From Heterodontus francisci (lineage: Eukaryota), in the NCBI RefSeq assembly GCF_036365525.1, contig NC_090374.1, positions 169,335,708 through 169,399,707 of the forward strand: 64,000 bases of DNA. Direction: 5' to 3'. Both the position numbers and the translations under genes were made by a program. How positions within the stretch are numbered: position 1 is the stretch's first letter; every line of letters starts with the position of its first letter. This document shows, in pieces, positions 23,881 through 34,715 of the stretch. The notes beneath the pieces were generated by a model. That model worked only from the letters and a program-made list of their open reading frames with translations. It was not told where the DNA came from and searched no databases.

Positions 23881-24816
23881 TTGGAATGGTGTGATTATCC
23901 AATTTTATGCTGAAAACCTGAAAATGATGCAGTATGTGTCGAGAACACTGCAGTAAGATTCAAATTTAAAATGCAAGAAATAAGAATGCATGACATGAAA
24001 TGGGCCTTTTTTAAATTAAGCAGGAGAGTTTCGGTGTAAGTGGGATAGTGGGATCGAGTCCTGCAATGCCCTTCTGTACAGGCTGCCTGTAAATGGCAGT
24101 GGTGTAATGGGTCTGCCATTCAAAGTGGTAAAAAAATGAGGTTTTCTTTTAGTTATGTCATTGCGAGTGTTGAATGGACTGTTTTATTCACTGGTGCTGA
24201 ATGTCAGTGACATTCAATTACTCCAGCCCTCTCTAAGCAGCTGTGAGGTGCTGTAGCTCTCATCTCTGGCAACTCTGAAGGAAGTTTAACCTGAGGGTTT
24301 GTGCTGAGTGTATCAGAGAGGTTTACAATGTTCCGCTTCGTGATCTATAGCGTGAAGAAGCAACCTAGAGAAAAAACAATTTTCATTTCCAGACAGAGTT
24401 CAGTGACAGATCTAACAAAGAAAACTGTGTTTAGCAGCAGCTTCTGTATAAGGAGATGCATCAGCTTCCACGGGACAAAACTAGTGGGTTGAATAGAAAA
24501 AAACTACAAAATGGTTTCTGTTGGCTTCTCATATCAGAGACTGCGTGAAATTGTGATAAAATTATTTACGTTGAAGACTTGTATGAGATGGGGTTTTTTT
24601 GGGAGGATGACAAGCAAATCTCTTGACAAGCATGCTGAGGGTTAACCCTTGGGGCTTTATTCTGGAGATAAGAAGATGTCATAGTTTGGTGCTGAGTTCT
24701 GAGAAAATGGTGATACTCTTTAGATTCTATTATTGGACACTATGGTGAGAAAAGCGTTGTGTTCATTTAGTGGCACAGAGATTAAAAACTCCCATCATTT
24801 TACTGTTACAGAATCA

Positions 24817-25592
24817 GGGCTGAATTTTAGCAGCCTTCTGGGTATGGGGCTAGGAGGCAGGGTAGGGGGTGGGGAGCGAGGGAAGGCAGACAGAGTGCCT
24901 ATAGTCTTCCTGCTGCCATGCCATCTTGGCAGAGATGGGGAAAGTGGCAGACAGCCTTCCCGCCCATAGGCCAATTGAGCCACTTAAGTGGCCAATTAAG
25001 GGCCTCTTCCCGCTGCCCATAGCATTTTACCAGTGGTAGGCGGGCCCTCCACCATGTGGGGAGCCGACCAGGTAAACCCTGGCAGCCTCCCAGTGGGCCG
25101 ATAGTGGGGGGGAGGGGGCGGGGGCGGTGGGTAGTGATGGGGCAGGTGGGTTGCAGGCCCTCCTACTCAGGCACTCTTTGGCCTACAGAGGGCGGCAGTG
25201 GCAGCCCCCACAGCAACAATGCTGTCTTCCTTCACCAACCCCAACCCTATCCCCTCGTTGGGGCCTACCTAACTGGCCCTGGTGCCCCCAGACCCCACTT
25301 ACCTGGCTGGGAGGGCAGTGTCCTTCCATGGTGTCTTCTTCCTTTAGGTGCAGTCCCAGCAATGGCAGATTGACTGGCAGCTTCGGTGGGTGGGCAGCCA
25401 TCTTTAATCAGGACAGCAGCTCCGGGGCAGCCAATTAGATGCTTGACCCCTGTAAAATGTGGCTCTGGGTCCCGCAGATGGCCAAGATGAGGTTCCATGT
25501 CCCCCACTGTCTCTCCCCCCCCCCCTCCCCCACCACCCCTGATCCGCTTTTGGGCCCGTCGGGACCCCCACAATGAGAACAAAATTCCGGCC
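24817..25592 (+). mobile_element. GC-rich Harbinger-like MITE
   Basis: Termini GGGCTGAATTTT...AAAATTCCGGCC. Homologous to 14955-15687 in opposite orientation. No matching TSD seen. Confidence 0.7.
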
Positions 25593-25594
25593 AT

Positions 25595-25810
25595 GGAGTC
25601 TTGCAGCAAGGAGATCGTTTGACCCATAATATCTATTCCAGCCCTTTGAAAGCGCTATCCAATTAGTTGCACTCTCCCTGCTTTTTCCCCCATAGCCATG
25701 CAAATTTCTTCCATCAAGTATTTATCCAATTCCCTTTTGAAAGTTATTATTGAATCTGCTTCCACTGCCCTTTCAGGCAGAGCATTCCAGATCACAACAA
25801 CTCACTGCAA
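25595..25810 (-). mobile_element. CR1 3' fragment
   Basis: Shared CR1 3' block. Confidence 0.8.
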
Positions 25811-27787
25811 AACATATAGATATATTTGAGATCATGTCATTGAACTGGCTCGATGTTTTTTTTAAAGAGAAGTAATTATATGCTGCAGTGGATCATTATT
25901 GGTGAAGCAAATAAAGAGAAGATTTAATATACCCAACATAATGGAGCACTAACTCTGTGCTGCAAGGGCATTGCCAGGATATACACTTGTTGCTACAAAG
26001 TGGACTCAGACACCCGTTTAAGAGGCTGTTTACCCATTTAACAGGAGACTGGCAAAGGAACATTGGCCCCCTCGCTCAGTCTTTCACTATAAAGTCTCAG
26101 AACACCATTGAAGCCAACTACAGGACTGGAGATTGTCAAATGCTGCGCTTCTATCCCAAATTTTTAGGGTCTTGATAGAAAACAAGGCTTTCTGCTTTGG
26201 GAACAATTGAGAAATTGTACCAAAATGCATGTGAAATTGTGTGGGTTACATTAGGCTTCAAGGTTTTGCTAAAATGTATTTGCATAATTGCAAATGTAAA
26301 AAGTTCCACAAACCAACACAAACGGGCAGCATCATAAAACCTAATGGTTTCTTTTCATTAGAAAGTATTCCTTGATGTATTTACCAGCGGTAACTTGGTA
26401 CAGGTTTATTAATACAGCTGAAAATCAGAATTTTTAATAAGGGAGTCCAGTCCTCCACCAGTGAGTAACCTGATTTAAAATCACTTCAAAACAAAACTAT
26501 ACTGATCCATTTAATAGTTTCATTGGTCTACACTCATAAGTTTCTTGGTAAATTAAATGTTTTTTATATGAAGCAAGTCTTTAAAACCCACCTCCTGGTG
26601 TCAGTGTGCCTAAGAAACTGGGCACAATTTGACGAGCCTTCCCAAACCAGCAGATTCCCGCAATCTCTGCCTGGGGACGTGGCTGGATTTGTGTGTGGGG
26701 CCTGATCCAGGCGAACTAAATCTTGAACCAGTGTAAGAGATCACGGAAAACACACAAGCCTAATTGGTTTTGCCTGTAATTCACCTATGCTTTAAATTCT
26801 CCGATTGATTCCGTCCAGTTCTTGCTGATATAACAAATAGAAACTCCATCCAGTGTGCTCGTGTGTTCTGACTAAAGCAGTATTCATACCAATGAAGTCA
26901 ATAAATGATGAAGCAAAAAGGTTGAAACTGATGATTAATAGAATTGGGTGTAAAATGCTGATTGTTTAGATAGTATCTGAAAGAGAAAGGTTGGACTGAC
27001 TTTTGAAGGCAGCTGGGGAGAAGCCTGAGATGTTCTGGTTGTCAGTGGTGATTGGGAATTCCCAATCCAAAATGAAGAATGCTTCACCTGCCCCAGCAGA
27101 CTGATTGACACTGTAGTTATACTGCACTGGCAGTCTGAAAATTTATTGCGTTACCCTGTAAATTTCACCCCAACTGCTTTGGGAGAGCCTTGTGCTGATG
27201 TATTTCTGTGCATATGGAGGCTGTGGGACTAAGCACCATTGCTCTTTTAAAGAGCCAGCATTGGCATGATGGGCCAAAAGGCCACCTCTGTGCTGTAAGT
27301 TTCTTTGATTTATGCGAATGTGTGGAAGTTATGCTTTTTATAAAGCTCTGGTCAGACCTGATGTGGAGTATCTTGCCTTCAGTTCTGGGCACTGCAGCTC
27401 AGGAAGGATATATTTGCCTTGGAGAGGATGCAGAGAAGATTCACCAGAATGATACCAGGGCTAAAAGATTAAATTATGAGAACAGGTATGTAACTTGTAT
27501 TCTCTTGACTATAGAAGATTAAGGGGTCATCTAATTACGATGGTTAAAGAATTCAATAGGGCAGGTAGAGAAAAACTATTTCCTCTCATGGGGAGTCCAG
27601 AGCAAGAGGGGCATAACCTTAAAATTCGGGCTAGGCCGTTCAGGGGTGATGTTAGGAAGCACTTGTTCACACAAAGTGTAATGGAAATTGGAACACTCTC
27701 TCAAAAAAAAAGCTGTTGAGCCTAGAAGTCAATTCCAAATATTAAAACTGATATTGTTAGATTTTTGCTGGGTAAGGGTATTAAGCA

Positions 27788-28622
27788 GGGAGATGGTGGC
27801 GTAGTGGTAATGTCAATGAACTAGTCATCCAGAGGCCCAGGCCAATACCCTTAGGACATAGGTTCAAATCCCACCACGGCAGCTGGTGGAATTTCAATTC
27901 AATTAATTAATAATAAAAAAATCTGGAATTGAAAGCTAGTCTCAGTAATGGTGCCATGAAACTATCATCGATTGTTGTAAAAACCATCTGGTTCACTAAT
28001 GTCCTTTAGGGAAAGGAATTGCTGTCCTTAACTGGTCTTTTTTTAAATTCATTCTTGGGATGTGGGCGTCATTGGCCAGGCCAACATTTATTGCCCATCC
28101 CTAATTGCCCCTGAGAAGCTGGCAGTGAGCTGCCAACTGAGTGGCTTGCGAGGCCATTTCAGAGGGGCATGTAAGAGTCAACCTCATTGCTGTGGGTCTG
28201 GAGTCACATGTAGGTCAGACCAGGTAAGGACGGCAGATTTCCTTCCCTAAAGGACATTAGTGAACCAGATGGGTTTTTACAACAATCGATAATGGTTTTA
28301 TGGCCATCATTAGACTAGCTTTTTTTAAATTCCAGATTTTATTAATTGAATTCAAATTCCACCTTCTGCTGTGGTGGGATTTGAACCCATGTCCGCAGAG
28401 CAATACCCTGGGTCTCTGGGTTCCTAGTCCAGTGACAATACCACTACGCCACCACCTCCCCACATGGCCTACATGTGACTCCAGACCCACAGCAATGTGG
28501 TTGACTCTTAAATGCCCTCTGAAATGGCCTAGCAAACCACTCAGTTGTCAAGAGCAATTAGGATTGGGCAACAAAATTCTGGCCTTACCAGTGCCACCCA
28601 CATCCCATGAAATAAAAAAAAA
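27788..28622 (+). mobile_element. tRNA-derived SINE, outer copy (27788-28037 plus 28465-28622)
   Basis: A box TGGCGTAGTGG (27797-27807) and B box GGTTCAAATCCC (27861-27872). The 3' tail GCAATTAGG...CACATCCCATGA is shared with the LINE ends at ~39570 and ~63215. Confidence 0.85.
28038..28461 (-). mobile_element. Full-length tRNA-derived SINE of the same family, inserted inverted into the outer copy
   Basis: Reverse complement of the outer SINE from head (CCACTACGCCACCACCTCCC) to tail (TTTTTTTAAATTCATTC). Confidence 0.88.
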
Positions 28623-29204
28623 CAAGGCAGGTAGATGAGTTAAGGTGCAGATCAGCCATGATCTAATTGAATAGTGGAACAGACTGAAGGTGATGAATGG
28701 CTCCTCCTGTTTCTACGTACTTATGCACAGAACTCGGCTTCACACTCAGTAAACTTTGAATATTTTGTGAGCGGGTGGAGGAGTAAATGGGAGTGGGAGG
28801 GTGGGGGGGGGTGGGTGGGGGAGGTGGTGGTGAGTGGCAAGGGGAAGGAAGAGTCATTCTTAAAATATCAAACTCTGCTTCAGTTTATATGGTACCCAGG
28901 AGGACCAGCGGAACTTTTCAAAAACAGTTTGACACTAAATAGAATTGTACACCTTGAAGGATTAGTCCCTTGTGGATTGAAGCAGGCTCTGACACCACTG
29001 AGCACTGTAGTTTTATTGGAACTTGATTCCAGAGTTACAAACTTGCTGTGACATCTCTGCAAAATGGAAAGTGCAGTAATATCAAAATGACAATATGTGG
29101 CAAATCTTGCTCTAGGGGCTCTGTTATGGGGAAGACAGGATCAGTGTATGAGGGGTGAGCTACACAATGAAGGAAGGAGTCTGCCTAATTTTCTTCGCTC
29201 TATG

Positions 29205-29600
29205 AAAGAAAGACTTGAATTTCTATAGTGTCTTTTATGACCTCAGGCCATCCTAAAATGCTTTACAGCCAATTAAGTACTTTTGAAGTGTAGTCGTGTT
29301 GTAATGTCGGAAACATGGAAGCCAATTTGCGCACAGCAAACTCCCACAAACAGTAATGGGATAATGATAAGATCGTCTGGTTTTGAGATGTTTGTTGATG
29401 GATAAATATTGGTTCGGGCACTGCGGATAACAAAAGAACAGAAGGAGGCCATTTAGCCATCAATGCCTATACCACCATTCAATTTGATCATGATTTGTGC
29501 AGTGTCATGATCAGTGCAGCGTTCCCTCAGTACTGCCCCTCCGACAGTGCAGCGCTCCCTCAGTACCGTCCCTGGAGAGTCAGCCTGGATTTTGTGGTAC
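29205..29600 (-). mobile_element. Deu-SINE, internally deleted, with a short CR1 3' tail (~29430-29495) and a doubled 33-bp unit
   Basis: Similarity to the other copies in the window. Confidence 0.75.
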
Positions 29601-29688
29601 CTAATAAGCCATTGATAACACACTCAGACCCACCCTCTGGGCCTCGTGTTGAGCTTGAGTTTGAAAGCAACCAGAAGGATGTAGCAGT

Positions 29689-31473
29689 TGTCATGCAGAC
29701 CCCCACCTGTCAAGAATGAGGCATATTAATTTTGTCATATGAACATTGATTTTAAACTGTTGCTGGAGTGAAGAAATGGAGATCACCAGACACTGGGCTA
29801 GTAGGACATTTGCATACTAAGAGACGCTGCTTGTGGAGACAAAATACTATTCCCTGCTCCAATTAACCCAAATGGATTTTGATCACCAGAGATTGAAGGT
29901 GTAAGGAAGCGCATTCCAGGCCCTGCTAAGGTAATATAATCCACAAACCTTGCAGGCGGGACTGTTCCAAATAAGAAGCTAGTCACATGTGTTATGCAGG
30001 CCCCCACATACCAAGAATGAAAAATATTAACTTTGTCATATGAACATTGGTTTTAAACAGTTGCTGGCATGAAGAAAGGACTTGTTAAAAAATCACCAGA
30101 CACTTGGCTGGAAGGACATTTGCATTCTAACAGACAGTGCTTGTGGAGACAGAGGGCTATTCCCTAGTCCACTTAACCCACAATGCATTTTGATCATCAG
30201 ACATTGAAGGTGTAAGGAAGAGCATTCCAGGGACTGCTAAGGTGGTACAATCCACAAAAGCCAGGACTGGTTCAGCCAGTTGGTCACATGACTAACTGGC
30301 TGGTCCAGGGTTTTTTGAACAGCCACAGAGAGTTTCAACTCAAAGACTGTTTGCTCCTGGACTGTAAAGACCTCTCCTGGCTGGCTCGCCACAGGTTCTC
30401 CTGTCTGCTCCCATCTCTTTCTTACGGAACTCCAAACTCACTGAAGACACGTGAACCTCGAGAGAAAAGTTTCCTACATCAAATCAGGTTTAAAAAGAAT
30501 ACTGGGCCCCAATGAAAAGCAAGACCTACCTACAATCAAGAGCTACAGCGAGCTCTAAGAACAGTAACCAAAACCATCTTCAGATATTGCCTCAAACTTT
30601 TCCACTTTATTTCTGTCTCTATCTGCATGTGTGTATCATGTATGTATGCTAGCATGGGCATGTTGTGTATCCTTAGGTGTTAACTAAATTAGAGTTTAAG
30701 TTTAATAAAGTGCAACCTTCCATCTTTAATCCTAAGAAAACCTGTTTGGCTAGTTTCTTTGCCGTACAATTGGAAAGCAGTGAACAAGGATTCACCTAGG
30801 GGGAGCTAAAACACAATGTGTTTAAAATTAAACCCTGTTACGGTAAGGCCAGGTGAAGGCTGAGAGAGATCCCTAGACCCCTTTCTCATCGGGTTGTAAC
30901 ACATGATTAACTTGCTGGGCAACCTGGGGCTTTTTGAACTGTGCCACACAGAAAGGAACAGAAGACAGTTCGCAACTGAAGCTGGAACAAGGAAGCCGCA
31001 CTCTCTCTCAAGCCACCGGACCCACGGAAGACACGCAAACCTCGAGAGAAAAGACTCCAACGTCAAAACAAGTTGACGCGTGAACTGGGCCCCAACGAAT
31101 TGCAACCGAAGACGCCACAGCAAACTCAAAGGACTGTAACTACCAGATATTGCCTCAAATATTTCCCCTTTATTCCTTCTACTTTTTCTGTTTCTATCTG
31201 CGTGTATATTTATGACGTATGCATGCCCGTGTGGGCGTGTCGCATATTTGTAGCCCTTAACCGGATTAGAGTTTAAGATTAATAAACTTCTACCTTTCTT
31301 CTTTAAATCTAAGGAAACCTGTCTGATTTCTTTGTCTTACAATTGGAGCAGTGAACAAGGATTCACTAAGGAGGAGATAAAAACATGGTGTTTTAAAATT
31401 AAACCCTGTTATGGTTAAACCAGGCAAAGGCTGAGAGGGAACCCCTAGACCCCTATCTCACCTGGTCATAACA
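29689..31473 (+). mobile_element. Solo LTR, outer (29689-29989 plus 30906-31473)
   Basis: TGTCATG...CATAACA termini, 4-bp TSD CAGT at 29685-29688 and 31474-31477, AATAAA at 31281. Confidence 0.9.
29990..30901 (+). mobile_element. Solo LTR, inner, related family (912 bp)
   Basis: TGTTA...TAACA termini, 4-bp TSD CATG at 29986-29989 and 30902-30905, AATAAA at ~30704. Homologous to the outer LTR at both ends. Confidence 0.92.
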
Positions 31474-32189
31474 CAGTCTCAAGGCCAGAAACATGCGAAT
31501 CATGCTGGACAGGTGAGAAAACTAAAACTAAAATTCTTCCATCCTGCATCATCAGGGGCTGTTCCTGTGTCGCTGGAAAACAGAGTCCTAGTGGATGCCC
31601 ACAGCACCTTTTCTTGGGCATTCTTCTCCATTAGGGAACCCATAATTTGTTGAGAGGAAAGTGCGATGGGAGACTTGGGGACTCCCTCTGTCACTGTACA
31701 CTGGACTTGCTGCAGCAGCAGGCATAGACCCAGTTCTGCCAATTGGGGGGGGGGGGGCAGGGGGAAGGAGTGTGGAGACCCTGATGCAGAGGGTCTTTGC
31801 CACCAGTAGATCTTTGTTGAGTCTGGGAACTGAGTGCTTCACAGGGGCAATGAGAACGCAAACGTTCCTTTCTTGTGTATCCCGAGTGTAGTCTTTATTA
31901 CTCAATGGCTCGTCTGTCGATCTGAATTGTTGGGATTCAGCTGTTGATTCTCCTGTGGAAGCGCTTAGGAAACTTTTTTCTTTAGTAAGAGGAAAATTTG
32001 AACCTGCCATGGTCTTCTTTTATCACCATGTCAGTGTCTGTAAGTCACAAAATACAAAATAAGAACGTAAGAGTAATTTATCTGTACCCAAACTTTCCTT
32101 TGTTGTGGGCAGTGGACACAGCTCCCTGTCAGCAGTGCAAACTTGTAAAACTATTCCCAAGAAGCCTGGAATGAGAGAAAGTTCATATC

Positions 32190-32495
32190 CCTCTCAAGCC
32201 TGCTCCATCCAGAGTCTCAGTAACCTCCACCAGCCCTCTGAGATCTCTGTGCTCTTCCAATTCTGGCCTCTTGCACATCCCCATTTTAATCGCTCCGCCA
32301 TTGGTGGCTTTGCCTTCAGCTGCCTGGGCCCTAAGTTCTGGAATTCCCTCCCTAAACCTCTCCATCTTTCTACTTTTCTCATCTCCTTTAAGGCGTGCGT
32401 TAAAACCTAGTTCTTTGATCAAGCTTTTGGTTACCTGTCCTAAAATCATCTTATGTGGCGCATTGTCAAATTATGTTTGATAACGCACCTGTCAC
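32190..32495 (+). mobile_element. L2 3' fragment
   Basis: RSAIGGFAFSCLGPKFWNSLP matches the L2 ORF2 C-terminus. Confidence 0.85.
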
Positions 32496-32704
32496 ACATT
32501 GCTTTTGGTGAAATGCAATATCTTGTGTGTCAATGCCAGACAATTCAGTTCTATAAGTTTCCTTGAAAATAAATTGCTGAAATACTTTACAGTGAGAAAT
32601 ATATCATCAAAAGATAATTCAATTTTCTCCAAGACACACCTCTGGGAAAATCATGCCCCATTCCACACTCAGGATGGTACACAACACAACTGGGTGCAAC
32701 ATGA

Positions 32705-32955
32705 TGGTAGAATAATACAGCGCAGAGTGAGGCCATTTAGCCCATTGTGGCTGTGCCGATTCTTTGAAACTGCTATCCAATTAGTCCCACTCCCCCTGCT
32801 CTTTCCCCATAGCCCTGCAAGTTTTCCCCTTCAAATATATTCCCTTTTGAAAGTTACTATTGAATCTGCTTCCACTGCCCTATCAAGCAGTGCATTCCAG
32901 ATCACAACTCGCTGCATAAATAAAATCATCTCATGTCCCCTCTGGTTCTTTTGTG
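32705..32955 (-). mobile_element. CR1 3' end
   Basis: Shared CR1 3' block. Confidence 0.82.
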
Positions 32956-34299
32956 TTGATCTGGGAGATGGTCTGAGTGCACATCTCCAAATTGCCATAT
33001 TCTTTATTCTTCCTGTTTATTGTCCCATCATACAGCTGTCTGCAAGAGATTTTGCTGCTCACTTTGAGCTCTGTTCAAAGTAGGTCACTAATAACAGCAC
33101 AATGAGATGTCTCTCTTCTCAATATCCTTCCGATCCATTGTCCCTTATTGTGTGGTCTTTAGCTACGTCTCTTGTCTTAGTGTCAGTAAAAGATATTCAG
33201 AAAGCCATTTCTAAAGCAGTTTTAGTCCTAATGGTTTGAAGAACTTTTCCAACAAGGGTTGAATCTTGGAGCTGGTGAGGTGAGGAAGTTCATAAAGAGA
33301 GGCCAGTAGTTTACAATGCCTTATATTGTGTCTGCTTAATCCTCCACAGCACTGTGCCCATGCTTCTGACACATCAACGTGTAAACAAGGAGCATTTCCA
33401 TTGTGGGGAGAGGGAAATGGGAGTGGAATCATTCCTGAATTGCTTTGGTGAATGCCACAAATTGGTGCGAAGCAGCAGGAGTCCTGGCTTTTTCATCATC
33501 TGCCTGACCACCCTCTCCTTTCCTGGGTATGGTCAGTATGCAGCATCAGTGCACAATGGGGAGAAAATAAGCTGAAAGAAGTTTAGTGTCTGCATCTGGT
33601 GCAGACGGAGTTTGAAAGCACCACAACATGTTATAAAACTGGGCCCATTGTGGCATCTGGCGCTGCACTTTTCTGAGATATCTAGCATGTAATTACAACC
33701 ACATGTACAACTATTTTTCCACATATACTCCATTAACATGTATGCTAGACAAGGCAGTGGATTAACCATTAATTTCCTGCTTGGTGTGATATGCGCTGGT
33801 GTAGTCAATTTCTCTCAGTATATTTTTTTGAATGGTTGGGAATGTGCTGGGAAGGTGAGCCTTCAGTTCAAGTAGGATGAATACAAGGAGGTGTCAGATT
33901 GGATAGTTCCAAAGCTCTGCTGCAGCTCAGTACCTGACATGATAAAACACTCACTATATATGGCCAATTCCCTGTGTGGAAGAATGATAGTGGAACAGCC
34001 AGTGCTGCCCCCACACCACCTCCATAAGTCTCAAATGGCCAAGCAAATTCTTTTGCAATTTAGTTGTGATTTGGTTTCTCCAAATTCAGAGGAGTGATTT
34101 TAATGTAGCCAGATATCTTGTGATAAATCCTGTTAATTTCTATCTTTCCCATGTGTCCTGCAGTACAGCACCTGAATGCTGATGTTTTAACATTAAAACT
34201 CCGGGACCCAATGGTTTCTGATCAAATCAGAGTAGGAAAGAGTCTCACGACAGTAACAGGAACTGGTGAGCTTATTGGGGCTTATTTGATGATTTGAGA

Positions 34300-34715
34300 A
34301 AAGAAAGAGGTTGCATTTATATCGCACCATTCACATCCTCAGGGTTTCCCAAAATGCTTTAGAGCCAATGAAGTGTTCACTGTTTTAATGTAGGAAACAG
34401 GGCAGCCAATTTGCGCACAGCAAGCTCCCACAAACAGAAATGTGATGAAGACCAGATAATTTGTTTTCATTACTTCTGCTTCTCTCTCCACAGATGCTGC
34501 CTGACCTGCTGAGTATTTCCAGAATTTCTTGTTTTTTATTTCAGATTTCCAGCATCTGCAGTGTTTTCCTTTTAATTTGTTTTCGGTTTTGGGTGAGGGA
34601 TAAATATTGGCTAAGACACTGGGGAGAACTCCCCTGCTCTTTGAAATCGTGTCACAGGATCTTTTACACCCACCTGAGAAGGCAGTCAGAGCCTCAATTT
34701 AACATCTCATCCCGA
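34300..34715 (-). mobile_element. Deu-SINE interrupted by a Penelope-like fragment
   Basis: SINE sequence lies on both sides of 34469-34572. Confidence 0.82.
34469..34572 (+). mobile_element. Penelope-like 3' fragment with 12-bp TSD
   Basis: Near-identical to 4158-4255. Flanked by TAATTTGTTTTC at 34457-34468 and 34573-34584. Confidence 0.82.

Larger units (their letters stand above)
27335..28720 (+). mobile_element. CR1 3' fragment interrupted by SINEs (CR1 parts 27335-27786 and 28623-28720)
   Basis: LDYRRLRGHLI...REKLFPLMG...HNLKIRARPFRGDVRKHLFTQ. The 3' UTR resumes at CAAGGCAGGTAGATG after the SINE. Confidence 0.8.

Noticed and set aside
27788-27880. tRNA gene
   Set aside because: A and B boxes are present, but the sequence continues into SINE body and tail and is repeated. 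It is a SINE head.
32499-33083. 194-aa ORF
   Set aside because: It runs through an antisense CR1 3' UTR, has a non-ATG start and shows no recognisable domain.
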